Position numbers and translations under genes: made by a program. Below, in pieces: positions 25,550-34,809 of a stretch of DNA of 41,665 nt. A model generated the notes under the pieces. That model had not been told where the DNA came from. It did not search any database and saw only the letters and a list, made by a program, of their open reading frames with translations. The first letter of the stretch is position 1, and every line of letters starts with the position of its first letter. The stretch comes from an uncultured Rickettsiales bacterium. Lineage in GTDB: Bacteria; Pseudomonadota; Alphaproteobacteria; Rickettsiales; UBA1997. The DNA is taken from the NCBI GenBank assembly GCA_937927795.1, contig CALBSF010000204.1:1-41665 (forward strand), read 5' to 3'.

Positions 25550-26812
25550 ATGGATGATTTTGCACCAAAAATGGCAGATCACATCGAACTGAAATCGGTC
25601 GATGAATTGATCCCTTATAGCAAAAATGCACGGCTTCACTCAGAGGCGCAAGTGGCACAAATTGCCGCCAGCATCATTGAATTTGGTTTTACCAATCCAG
25701 TTTTGATTGATGGTGAAAAAGGAATAATTGCGGGTCACGGAAGATTAATGGCAGCAAAGAAACTTGGCTTAAAAGAAGTTCCAGTTGTCGTCCTTGATCA
25801 CTTAAGTGAAACACAAAAGAAAGCCTACATCATCGCTGATAACAAGCTCGCTGAAAACGCTGGCTGGGATGAAGAAATTTTGGCAAGTGAGCTCGCTGAT
25901 CTTAAAGACGAAAATTTTAATCTCGATCTGATTGGTTTTGAAGATCAGGAATTAGAAAAAATTTTTGCTAATCTTTATGAAAAAGAAAATGAGCAAGAAA
26001 CAGAGGAAATTCCCGAACCTGAAGAAAAGCCAATCTCAAAGTCAGGTGATGTTTGGATTTTAGGAAAACACAAATTGATCTGTGGCGATTCCACTGATCA
26101 AAAAACTTACCAAACACTTCTTGGTGATGAATTAGCAGATATGCTTTTCACCGATCCACCTTATAACGTGGATTACGGCAACACCATGAAAGACAAAGCC
26201 AGAGGCAATAACAAAAAAATTCTCAACGACAATCTTGGTGAAAATTTTGAAAAGTTCCTTTTCGATTTTTGCAAAAATGCTTTAGAGATAACCAAAGGCG
26301 CGTGTTATGTCTGCATGAGTTCTTCAGAGTTGCACACTTTACAAAAAGCCTTCACAGATGCTGGTGGTAAATGGTCAACTTTCATTATCTGGGCAAAAAA
26401 TCACTTCACTCTTGGACGCTCAGACTATCAGCGGCAATATGAGCCGATCCTTTACGGATGGAAACAAAGCAACGATCATTATTGGTGCGGCGATAGAAAC
26501 CAAGGCGATGTTTGGTATTACAACAAACCAAACAAAAGCGATCTTCACCCAACGATGAAACCAGTTGAGCTTTGCAAAAGAGCAATTCTCAACTCCAGCA
26601 AAACTGATGATATAATTTTGGATTGCTTTGGCGGCTCTGGCTCAACGCTGATTGCATCGGAACAAACCAACCGCAGATGTCGCATGATCGAGCTCGATCA
26701 AAAATATGTCGACGTGATTGTAAAAAGGTGGCAAAATTTGACCGGCAAAGAGGCAATCCTTTTAGAAACCGGTGAGAGCTTTAATGAAATTTTAAAAAGA
26801 GAAAATGACTAA
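25550..26812 (+). CDS. ParB-like nuclease domain fused to an N6-adenine/N4-cytosine DNA methyltransferase
   Basis: I chose the start at ATG 25550. The N-terminal ParB-N fold has 'PYSKNARLHS...GHGRLMAAKKLG'. The methylase has 'FTDPPYNVDYG' (motif IV) and 'ILDCFGGSGST' (SAM-binding motif I), which is beta-class order. Confidence 0.9.
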   Translation: MDDFAPKMADHIELKSVDELIPYSKNARLHSEAQVAQIAASIIEFGFTNPVLIDGEKGIIAGHGRLMAAKKLGLKEVPVVVLDHLSETQKKAYIIADNKLAENAGWDEEILASELADLKDENFNLDLIGFEDQELEKIFANLYEKENEQETEEIPEPEEKPISKSGDVWILGKHKLICGDSTDQKTYQTLLGDELADMLFTDPPYNVDYGNTMKDKARGNNKKILNDNLGENFEKFLFDFCKNALEITKGACYVCMSSSELHTLQKAFTDAGGKWSTFIIWAKNHFTLGRSDYQRQYEPILYGWKQSNDHYWCGDRNQGDVWYYNKPNKSDLHPTMKPVELCKRAILNSSKTDDIILDCFGGSGSTLIASEQTNRRCRMIELDQKYVDVIVKRWQNLTGKEAILLETGESFNEILKREND

Positions 26813-26978
26813 CGAAGAATTAAAAAACAGAGCAAAAGAACTGGTGGAAAAACACGGAAAAGCTGCGGTGGAAATTGCGAAGAGAAAAGCTGATGCCTTC
26901 AAAAATGAATGTCGTGAAAAAGACTTTGCCCTAATGCTTCTCACTGAAGTTGAGAAGCTGGCTGACAATCTTGCTTAA
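26805..26978 (+). CDS. Hypothetical small protein (57 aa, below the ORF-track cutoff)
   Basis: The ATG at 26805 overlaps the methylase stop. The product is MTNEELKNRAKELVEKHGKAAVEIAKRKADAFKNECREKDFALMLLTEVEKLADNLA, helical and plausibly coupled to the methylase gene. Confidence 0.4.
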   Translation: MTNEELKNRAKELVEKHGKAAVEIAKRKADAFKNECREKDFALMLLTEVEKLADNLA

Positions 26979-27280
26979 TAAGGAATGTAAAGCTCCTCAA
27001 GTGATTTGCAGATATTTTGGCAAATTTTGTAAGCCTCTTTATTCCAAGACTTAACAGCATTTTCTTTTTCGTTTAAAAATTTACTGAGCGATGACTCAAC
27101 TAGAATTCTGACATCCGAGTCGCCTTTTTCTTTGGCTTCAAGGATGTGGTCAAAAAGATCGTCATCGCCAAGCAAATCGTAAAGTTTGTCTGTAGCAATT
27201 TCTGGTGACAAAGGTTTTGCCACCAATTTTTGTAATTCTTTAGCTTGTTTAACAGTTTGCGGTAATGCCCAAACTCCCAT
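26975..27280 (-). CDS. Hypothetical acidic protein (101 aa)
   Basis: Minus-strand ORF with a GAGGT SD and a predicted promoter upstream. No motif recognised. Confidence 0.6.
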   Translation of the reverse strand: MGVWALPQTVKQAKELQKLVAKPLSPEIATDKLYDLLGDDDLFDHILEAKEKGDSDVRILVESSLSKFLNEKENAVKSWNKEAYKICQNICKSLEELYIPY

Positions 27281-27309
27281 AAAATACCTCGCTTTTTGTT
27301 ATTATTAAT

Positions 27310-27379
27310 GCCTCTTGAAGGCTTGTCTATTATGGCTTCGCTAGTGATTACTAGCAAGTCAATTAGAGCAATTTTTTAA
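27310..27379 (-). promoter_or_regulatory. Promoter/leader copy A
   Basis: On the minus strand: -35 TTGCTA (27352-27357), a 17-bp spacer, then -10 CATAAT (27329-27334). Roughly two-thirds identical by eye to copy B at 27725-27793. Confidence 0.4.
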
Positions 27380-27696
27380 TCTTTCTTTGGTAGTTTGTAA
27401 ACCCGATCACCACTCGCAATTTTATCGGTTACAATACCAAGATTTTGATTTTTGTTTAAGCGCGAAATTACTGATCTTGCTGTATGTGGCTGCCATTTCA
27501 AATTTTCACAAATTTGTTTGAGGCTAATTCCTTCTTCAGCTCCTTTAATCATTTCGATTAACTGAGAATTTTTAGTGGCAGGTTTAGTGGTTTCATTTTT
27601 TTGCACTGAAACTTCTTTAACCGAATTTTCTTTAATTTCGGTAACTGCTTTTTTGATTACTTTTTTAATAACTGGTTTTGAACTTTTTTTAGGCAT
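27376..27696 (-). CDS. DUF3489-family protein
   Basis: 'SQLIEMIKGAEEGISLKQICENLKWQPHTARSVISRLNKNQNLGIVTDKIASGDRVYKL' matches the characteristic DUF3489 pattern (GW-Q-x-HT-x-R ... Y-[RK]-[IL]). Confidence 0.7.
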   Translation of the reverse strand: MPKKSSKPVIKKVIKKAVTEIKENSVKEVSVQKNETTKPATKNSQLIEMIKGAEEGISLKQICENLKWQPHTARSVISRLNKNQNLGIVTDKIASGDRVYKLPKKD

Positions 27697-27724
27697 ATTT
27701 TCCTTATATTTAAAATTGATAAAA

Positions 27725-27793
27725 GCCTTATGAAGGCTTACCCAGTATGGCTTGCCGAAGCATCACTATCAAGTCAATTAAGATGATTTTTTA
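27725..27793 (-). promoter_or_regulatory. Promoter/leader copy B
   Basis: On the minus strand: -35 TTGATA (27767-27772), a 17-bp spacer, then -10 CATACT (27744-27749). A perfect palindrome AAGCCTT-CAT-AAGGCTT (27723-27739) sits at or just after the predicted start site. Confidence 0.4.
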
Positions 27794-27841
27794 AACAATT
27801 TTTAAAAAAGTTTTGAAATACCAAAACGATGACAAATAACC

Positions 27842-28360
27842 ATGGAACTCTCGATTCGAGGCTATGCCAGACATCGCGGTGTTGCCGAGTCGGCAGTTAG
27901 AAAAGCAATTGCACAAGGAAGGATTACCAAAGGCAAAAATGGCAAGATAAACCCTAAAATTGCCGATAAAGAATGGGTTCAAAACAGTGATCCAGCCCAA
28001 GTTAAGGCGGAAAATGCCTTTGAAACATCTGATTATAGCCAAAATTCTGCACCAAATCCCCAGCTAAATGCAGTTGGTGGACCAAGTTATCAGCAAAGCC
28101 GAGCGATTAAGGAGGCTTATGGCGCGAAACTACTTCGACTTCAGTTTGAAAAAGAGTCAAAAAAGTTAATTTCGATAGATGATGTTAAGGTGTCTGCATT
28201 TAACGCTGCACGAATGACCAGAGATCGTATTTTAAACATTCCTGATCGCGTAATTCCCCAACTTGTGGGCAAAACCGATATTTTTGAGATGAAAGAAATT
28301 TTGAAAGCCGAACTGATCAAAGCGCTCGAAGAATTATCCAAAGTTAATGAGAAATTATGA
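27842..28360 (+). CDS. Terminase small subunit (Nu1-like N-terminal HTH)
   Basis: 'GYARHRGVAESAVRKAIAQGRI' is an HTH. Its position is directly upstream of, and overlapping, the GpA-type large terminase. Confidence 0.65.
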   Translation: MELSIRGYARHRGVAESAVRKAIAQGRITKGKNGKINPKIADKEWVQNSDPAQVKAENAFETSDYSQNSAPNPQLNAVGGPSYQQSRAIKEAYGAKLLRLQFEKESKKLISIDDVKVSAFNAARMTRDRILNIPDRVIPQLVGKTDIFEMKEILKAELIKALEELSKVNEKL

Positions 28361-30215
28361 CGACATTTATTTTCAGAGCTTTTGCGATGGGCTAAAGCCA
28401 GACCCAAATTTTACAGTATCAAGCTGGGCAGATAATCACCGCATTTTAAGCAGTATTTCTTCAGCTGAACCTGGTCCGTGGAGAACTGACAGAACGCCAT
28501 ATCTCAAAGAGATTATGGATTGTTTATCGCCATCAAATTCTTGCGAAAAAGTGGTGTTTATGAAAGGCGCTCAGATCGGAGGAACTGAATGCGGCAATAA
28601 TTGGATGGGTTTTGTAATCCACCACGCACCAGGACCAATGCTGATTGTAAATCCAACAGTTGAGACTGCCAAGCGCACCTCAAAAATGCGGATTGATCCA
28701 GCAATCGAAAATTGCCCTGCGTTAAAAGAAAAAGTTTCTGATCCAAGATCACGCGATTCAGGCAACACGATTTTGATGAAAGAATTCCCAGGAGGAGTTC
28801 TGGTAATGACAGGCGCGAATTCTGCTGTGGGCTTACGCTCAATGCCAATTCGTTATTTGTTTTTAGATGAAGTTGACGGATATCCAGACGATGCCGCTGG
28901 TGAAGGTGATCCGGTAAACCTTGCGATTCAAAGAACTGCTACTTTTAGCAATCGCAAAATTTTCATGATCTCGACACCAACGATCAAAAATTTTAGCCGA
29001 ATTGAAACGGCATTTTTGGAAGGTGATCAACGATATTATTTCGTTCCATGTCCTGATTGTGGTGAGTTTCAAACTCTTAAATGGGCGCAGATAAAATGGC
29101 CAAAAGGTAACCCAGAAGCCGCTTATTACGCTTGCGAAAAATGCGGATCAGTTTGGGAAGATTATCAAAAAGCAGAAATTTTGCGGAAAGGAAAATGGAT
29201 TGCTACAAGTCCAAATTCTAACAGCAAAACAATTTCATTTCATCTGTCATCACTTTACAGCCCGCATGGCTGGACAAGTTTTGGTGATATCGCACAGGAA
29301 TTTTGCGAAGTTCACAAAGACCCACCAAGGCTTCAGGTTTGGACGAACACAAAACTTGCGGAAACTTGGGAGGACATGGCTGGCGAAGTTATTGATCCGA
29401 CAGGATTAATGAAACGCCGTGAAAATTTTGGCACTCGTCTTTTCAAAGACATCGCCATCATCACCGCTGGCGTGGATGTGCAAGACAATCGCCTTGAAAT
29501 AGAAATTGTTGGCTGGGGAAAAGATGAAGAAAGCTGGTCGCTTGATTACCAAGTGATTTACGGCGATCCATCAACTCCGCATCTTTGGAGTGATCTTGAT
29601 AAAATTTTGGAAACCACTTTTGAGCATCAAAGAGAATTGCCAAATTTCCCCATTACAGCGGTTTGTATCGACAGCGGCGGTCACTATACGGATCATGTTA
29701 TCAACTACTGCGATGCAAGGAAGCACAAAAAAGTTTTTGCCATCAAAGGAAGTTCTTCAGGTGCAGGAGTTCCAATCTGGCCACCTCGTGCCAGCCAAAA
29801 CAAAAGATTAAAAAAACCTGTTTATGTCATTGGCGTAAACGATGCCAAAGAAACTTTGATGCAACGACTTCGCATTAGCGAAGAAGGCGCTGGTTACTGG
29901 CATTTTCCAATAGAGCGCGATGCAGAATGGTTTGCACAACTTACCTCGGAAATTGTTAGAACAAAATATGTCAAAGGCAGACCAATCCGCGAATGGACAC
30001 CGCGCCGCGAAGGAGCAAAAACTGAAGCACTAGACTGTCGTGTTTATGCTTTTGCAGCACTGCGTGGTTTAGTTCGCAACTGGAAATTTGATTTAAACAA
30101 AGCAGTTGAACGAATTAAAGAAGTTCATTTGCGACCAGAAAATAAGCAGTTTCAAAACATTGCACCAAGCGCATCTCAAAAAGTTAGAAGAGTTCGAAGC
30201 AAAGGAATTTACTAA
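28347..30215 (+). CDS. Terminase large subunit, lambda GpA family
   Basis: 'VFMKGAQIGGTE' is a Walker A-like motif and 'LFLDEVDGYP' is Walker B. Zn-ribbon 'CPDCGEF...CEKCG'. The length and order match the GpA family. Confidence 0.9.
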   Translation: MRNYDDIYFQSFCDGLKPDPNFTVSSWADNHRILSSISSAEPGPWRTDRTPYLKEIMDCLSPSNSCEKVVFMKGAQIGGTECGNNWMGFVIHHAPGPMLIVNPTVETAKRTSKMRIDPAIENCPALKEKVSDPRSRDSGNTILMKEFPGGVLVMTGANSAVGLRSMPIRYLFLDEVDGYPDDAAGEGDPVNLAIQRTATFSNRKIFMISTPTIKNFSRIETAFLEGDQRYYFVPCPDCGEFQTLKWAQIKWPKGNPEAAYYACEKCGSVWEDYQKAEILRKGKWIATSPNSNSKTISFHLSSLYSPHGWTSFGDIAQEFCEVHKDPPRLQVWTNTKLAETWEDMAGEVIDPTGLMKRRENFGTRLFKDIAIITAGVDVQDNRLEIEIVGWGKDEESWSLDYQVIYGDPSTPHLWSDLDKILETTFEHQRELPNFPITAVCIDSGGHYTDHVINYCDARKHKKVFAIKGSSSGAGVPIWPPRASQNKRLKKPVYVIGVNDAKETLMQRLRISEEGAGYWHFPIERDAEWFAQLTSEIVRTKYVKGRPIREWTPRREGAKTEALDCRVYAFAALRGLVRNWKFDLNKAVERIKEVHLRPENKQFQNIAPSASQKVRRVRSKGIY

Positions 30216-30217
30216 AA

Positions 30218-30421
30218 TTGAAAACACTCGAAGAACAATTAACGGAAGTCCAACAGGCAATTTCTGACATTTTGTTAAACGCCCAAGAAGCGTGGTATAA
30301 CGGGCAGAAAGTTAGAAAAGCTGATCTGGCGGTTTTGGAAGAAAGAGAAAAAAGACTCTTAGTTCAAATCAAAAGAAGAAATCGCGGCGGTATCAGAGTT
30401 AGAGGAGTAACGCCAGTATGA
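30218..30421 (+). CDS. Head-tail joining protein, lambda gpW family
   Basis: 67-aa protein between terminase and portal. 'YNGQKVRKADLAVLEEREKRLLVQI' is gpW-like. The start is TTG as given in the ORF track. Confidence 0.7.
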   Translation: MKTLEEQLTEVQQAISDILLNAQEAWYNGQKVRKADLAVLEEREKRLLVQIKRRNRGGIRVRGVTPV

Positions 30422-31986
30422 GAAAATTTCCTAAAATTTCTGAAAGCTGGTTGGACAAGGCAATTTCTTATATTAATCCACAAGCAGGTTTAAAAAGATT
30501 TGAAGCAAAAACCAGATTAGCAATTGCTGGTGGCTACACTGGCGCAAGGCGTGATCGCAGACAAACTTCGAATTGGAGTGTTGCCGATGGCTCTGCTGAC
30601 AATGTCACTTTGCCTGATCTACCAGAGCTTCGCCAAAGATCACGCGATTTACTTCGCAATGCTCCGCTTGCTTGCGGCGCGGTAAATACTGTCGTTACTA
30701 ATGTTGTTGGAACTGGATTAAAGGTTCAGTCGCACTTAGATCGCGATGTGCTTAAGGATTATTTCAAAAGCGAAGATGAGTTTGATGCTTTTGAAAGAAA
30801 TGCCGAACGAATATTTCGCAACTGGGCAGAAAATCAGGATTGCGACATCACTCGCTGCCAAACTTTTTCAGAAATTCAAAATTTGATTTTGCGTTCGGTT
30901 CTTGAAAGTGGCGACATTTTTATTTTGAAGCGCTATGTCGAACGACCAAACAGAAGCATAAATCTTGCTCTGCAAATTGTTGAAGCCGATCGCGTTGCTA
31001 ACCCTGATTTTAAAGCTGACTCAGCAACTCTTGCTGGTGGCGTTGAAATGGATTCTGACGGCGCACCTGTTTCTTACTCGGTTTGTAATCAACATCCAAC
31101 TGATTATCAAAACCAAAAGGAAAGAAAATTTGTCAAAGTTCCGGCTTTTGATAAATACGGCAACCGCCAAGTCTTTCATATTTTTAGCAGAACCAGACCA
31201 GGACTCACTCGCGGAGTTCCTTATTTAGCACCGGTAATTGAAAGTTTAAAACAACTAGATCGCTACACCGAAGCAGAAGTTATGGCTGCTGTTGTGTCGG
31301 CGATGTTTACTGTTTTCATAAAATCAGAAGATGAAGAAGGTCTTGCACCCATGACTCCTTCGGAAGGAGGAAAAAGAGATGACGGCGATTACAAATTAGG
31401 ACCAGGCGCAATTCTTGATTTGCAGCCAAATGAAAATATCGAAATCGCTGATCCAAAAAGACCAAACCAAGCCTTTGATCCTTTTGTGCAAGCAGTGCTA
31501 AGGCAAGTTGGTGTAGCTTTAGAATTACCCTTTGAAATTCTAATTAAGCATTTTACCGCCAGCTATTCCGCTGCTCAAGCGGCTTTGGTTGAAGCATGGA
31601 AATTTTTCTCAAGCAGACGAAAGTGGCTCGCAATTCAGCTTTGCCAGCCGATTTACGAAATGGTTATCACTGAAGCGATTGCTAAAGGCGAATTAAATGC
31701 ACCGAATTTTTTTGCTAACACAACTATCAGAAACGCTTACTTAGGAGCTGAATGGATTGGACCACCAAGAGGACAGATTGATCAACTCAAAGAAGTAAAA
31801 GCCGCGCAAACAAGAATTGAAATTGGTGTCAGCACACTCGCTGAAGAAACAGCAATTTTAACCGGCGGTGATTTTGAGAGAAAATATCCGCAAATCCTCA
31901 AGGAGTATAAGTTAAAGCAAGAAGCGGGACTGATTCCAAAAGAAGTTATTCAAACGCAGCAACCAACTAAAAACAACGATGCATGA
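30418..31986 (+). CDS. Portal protein, lambda family
   Basis: 522 aa in canonical position, with lambda-portal-like blocks ('GGYTGARRDRRQTSNW', 'SVLESGDIFIL', 'RTRPGLTRGVPYLAPV'). Confidence 0.88.
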   Translation: MRKFPKISESWLDKAISYINPQAGLKRFEAKTRLAIAGGYTGARRDRRQTSNWSVADGSADNVTLPDLPELRQRSRDLLRNAPLACGAVNTVVTNVVGTGLKVQSHLDRDVLKDYFKSEDEFDAFERNAERIFRNWAENQDCDITRCQTFSEIQNLILRSVLESGDIFILKRYVERPNRSINLALQIVEADRVANPDFKADSATLAGGVEMDSDGAPVSYSVCNQHPTDYQNQKERKFVKVPAFDKYGNRQVFHIFSRTRPGLTRGVPYLAPVIESLKQLDRYTEAEVMAAVVSAMFTVFIKSEDEEGLAPMTPSEGGKRDDGDYKLGPGAILDLQPNENIEIADPKRPNQAFDPFVQAVLRQVGVALELPFEILIKHFTASYSAAQAALVEAWKFFSSRRKWLAIQLCQPIYEMVITEAIAKGELNAPNFFANTTIRNAYLGAEWIGPPRGQIDQLKEVKAAQTRIEIGVSTLAEETAILTGGDFERKYPQILKEYKLKQEAGLIPKEVIQTQQPTKNNDA

Positions 31987-33355
31987 GTTATTAAAAATCG
32001 CGAAATATTGGGCGATTGAGCCTGATATTTTGAAGAGTCTTTGTCGCCTGGACGAAATTAAATCGCTCTCATTTCAATCAGAAAGACGATTAAGCAACAC
32101 CCGATCAGTTATGATTCGGGACGGCACTGCGGTAATTCCACTACACGGACCAATCACTGCAAGAAGCGATCTTTTTACCTTCTTTTTAGGCGGAACTTCT
32201 TTGTCAGATTTGGCAAAAGATTTTCAAACGGCACTCGATGATGATCAGGTAAAGGCAATTTTATTTGATGTCGATTCTCCTGGTGGTGTTGCACTCGGAC
32301 CCTCAGAAATGGCAGACGCTATTTTTAAGGCACGAGGCAAAAAACCAATCTGGAGTTATGTCGGCAGAAATTGTTCATCCGCAGCTTATTGGATCGCATC
32401 TGCAACCGAAAAAATCATCGCCAATCCTTCTGCACTTTTGGGAAGCATTGGTGTTGTTACAACAATTCCGGTGCAAGAGCAGCCTGATTCTGAAGGCTAC
32501 AAAAACATCGAGATTGTTTCCAGCAACGCCAAACAAAAGCGTCCTGATCCAAGAACGGAGGAAGGAATGGCTGAGATAAAACGCGAGCTTAACGATCTTG
32601 AGGCGCAGTTTATTGAAGCAATTGCCAAATACCGAAATGTAAGTGTGAACGCAGTTAAAAATGACTTTGGTCAAGGTGGAGTGCTAATTGGAAAAAACGC
32701 AGTTGCGAGTGGCATGGCTGACTCTCTTGGAAGTTACGAAGAAGTCATCGCTGAGTTAAATCAAAAAATTTCAACAAATAAACAAATCAATTTTATGTCT
32801 AAAGAAACAATCGAAAGGTCTGCGATTAACGCAGATTTTATTAAATCAGAATTTCCTGACATCGCTGAAAAATTGGCGAAAGAAAATTCTGAAAAAATCC
32901 GCAGCGAAACAAAAGAAAGCTCTTTTGCGGAAGGCAAAAAAGCTGGATTCGCTGAAGGAATTAAATCGGAAAGAGAGAGAATTTTAGCAATTGAAGAAGC
33001 CTCTCTTCCTGGTCATGAAGACTTAGTAGCAAAAGCAAAACAAGATGCCGACATGACGGCGGATAAGTTAGCGCTGCAAATTGTCGCAAGAGAAAAACAG
33101 CGCGGCACGAAATATGTCGATGCACAAAAAGAGGCAGAAAAAGAAATGCCAAAAGTTGCGCCAAATTTTGAAAGCGCATCGCAAGAAAAAGCAAAAATCG
33201 ATAAAGACGCACCTCTTGAAGAAAGAGCAAAAACTGAGTGGCAAAGCGATGCAAAACTCCGCTCTGAATTTGCCGATGATTACGATGCTTACTTCGCATA
33301 CAAAAAAGCATCAGAGGCAAATCAGGTTAAAATCCTATCAACCAATAAAAATTAA
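31979..33355 (+). CDS. S49 (ClpP/SppA-like) head-maturation protease fused to a scaffold-like C-terminal region (lambda gpC-like)
   Basis: 'ILFDVDSPGG', 'NCSSAAYWIASA' (catalytic Ser context) and 'GSIGV'. The C-terminal Lys/Glu/Ala-rich helical half resembles a scaffold ('ERERILAIEEA'). Confidence 0.85.
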   Translation: MHELLKIAKYWAIEPDILKSLCRLDEIKSLSFQSERRLSNTRSVMIRDGTAVIPLHGPITARSDLFTFFLGGTSLSDLAKDFQTALDDDQVKAILFDVDSPGGVALGPSEMADAIFKARGKKPIWSYVGRNCSSAAYWIASATEKIIANPSALLGSIGVVTTIPVQEQPDSEGYKNIEIVSSNAKQKRPDPRTEEGMAEIKRELNDLEAQFIEAIAKYRNVSVNAVKNDFGQGGVLIGKNAVASGMADSLGSYEEVIAELNQKISTNKQINFMSKETIERSAINADFIKSEFPDIAEKLAKENSEKIRSETKESSFAEGKKAGFAEGIKSERERILAIEEASLPGHEDLVAKAKQDADMTADKLALQIVAREKQRGTKYVDAQKEAEKEMPKVAPNFESASQEKAKIDKDAPLEERAKTEWQSDAKLRSEFADDYDAYFAYKKASEANQVKILSTNKN

Positions 33356-33365
33356 GAGGTGAACC

Positions 33366-33785
33366 ATGACAGCATTATCAAAAGACACAAACCGAGTTTA
33401 TGAACTTGGCAATATTAACGAATTACCGCTCGCTGGTGGTGAGCTGATTTATCAAGGTGCTGCAATTGGCTGCAATTCTTCTGGCTACGCAAAAAGCCTG
33501 GAAAACGGCGATATTTTTGCCGGATTTGCAGAAGACAATGTCGACAACTCTGCTGGCTCTGACGGAGCTAAAAGAATCAGGATCAGAAAGAAAGGTGCCA
33601 TCCTTCTTGATATCTCCGGCGTAGCTCTTGGCGACATAGGAAAAGCAGTTTATGCCACCAATGACAATACCTTCACTTTGTCATCTACAGACGCGGTTTA
33701 TATCGGGCAAATTTCACGCGTTGAATCAACTGGAGTTGCTCTTGTTGACTTCGCTTCCTACGCCCCAGTTCCAGCAACTGAATAG
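33366..33785 (+). CDS. Head decoration / cement protein (gpD or DUF2190-like)
   Basis: 139 aa between the protease and the major capsid gene. Gly/Ala-rich beta-type sequence. GAGGTG SD. Confidence 0.55.
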   Translation: MTALSKDTNRVYELGNINELPLAGGELIYQGAAIGCNSSGYAKSLENGDIFAGFAEDNVDNSAGSDGAKRIRIRKKGAILLDISGVALGDIGKAVYATNDNTFTLSSTDAVYIGQISRVESTGVALVDFASYAPVPATE

Positions 33786-33828
33786 CCTGGAATCAAACAA
33801 TTTTAACAACCTTAAATAACAGAAATTT

Positions 33829-34794
33829 ATGGCACTAAAAGAATTATCATCACGGGCAATTATTGGTCTTTACTATAAGCGCCTTGAACAAAAAAGCGGT
33901 ATGGATTGGGTTGAAGCTCTTTCCAACTATTTTACCTCTGATCAGGAAAGCGAGACTTACAAATGGTTAGGTCAAGTTCCTGTGATGCGCGAATGGATTG
34001 GCGGAAGACAGGCAAAAGGCTTCACCACTAATGGTTTGACTATCGAGAATAAACACTTCGAAGCAACTTTGGAAATTCCATTGGTTGATTTAAGACGTGA
34101 TAAAACCGGTCAGATTACTGTCAGAGTTAATGAGCTTGCTGACCGCACCAATTCACACTGGGCGCAATTGCTTTCTAAATTACTCATCAACGCTGAAAGC
34201 ACTGTTTGCTATGATGGTCAATATTTCTTCGACACTGATCATAGTGACGGAAAAAGCGGAGTTCAAAGCAATAAACTGCAATTAGATTTGACTGGTTTTG
34301 CTGATCAAATTGACGGCGGAAAAGTTGGAGCTATATCTGCCCCAAGTGAAGCAGCTTTTCGTTTAGCAGTTTTAAAAACCATTCAGCAAATCTTGTCATT
34401 CAAAGATGATCAAGGTGAGCCGATGAATGAAAATGCCAGCCAGTTTTTGGTGGTCGTTCCCACCTCGCTTTGGTATATCGCTAAAACTGCAATGGCTGTT
34501 CCTTTGTCAGTTGGCGGTAGCACAAACGCCATCAAGGTTCTTGATGAGGTGAATATTTCAATCGCACAAAACCCGCGCCTTTCTTGGTCTGACAAATTCG
34601 CTGTTTTCAGAACTGACTCTTCAGTAAAACCATTCATCCGTCAGGAAGAAGAAGGAGTTAAACTTAAAGCAATTGCCGAAGGTTCAGAACTCGAATTTAA
34701 GCATGATAAACACTGGTATGGTGTTGATACATGGAGAAACGCTGGTTATGGCTTCTGGCAACATGCCTGCCTCACCAGATTAATTAAATCTTAA
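33829..34794 (+). CDS. Major capsid protein (Mu gpT-like family)
   Basis: 'SDQESETYKWLGQVPVMREWIGGRQAKGF...IENKHFEATLEIPLVDLRRDKTGQI' matches the gpT-like major head subunit pattern. Confidence 0.85.
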   Translation: MALKELSSRAIIGLYYKRLEQKSGMDWVEALSNYFTSDQESETYKWLGQVPVMREWIGGRQAKGFTTNGLTIENKHFEATLEIPLVDLRRDKTGQITVRVNELADRTNSHWAQLLSKLLINAESTVCYDGQYFFDTDHSDGKSGVQSNKLQLDLTGFADQIDGGKVGAISAPSEAAFRLAVLKTIQQILSFKDDQGEPMNENASQFLVVVPTSLWYIAKTAMAVPLSVGGSTNAIKVLDEVNISIAQNPRLSWSDKFAVFRTDSSVKPFIRQEEEGVKLKAIAEGSELEFKHDKHWYGVDTWRNAGYGFWQHACLTRLIKS

Positions 34795-34809
34795 TGGGAG
34801 GACTGACAT

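Noticed and set aside
32961-33362. ORFs 32961-33320 (-) and 33081-33362 (+) overlapping the 3' half of the protease/scaffold gene
   Set aside because: They arise in the purine-rich Lys/Glu/Ala-coding scaffold region. The translations are low-complexity with no start signals, so they are shadow ORFs.
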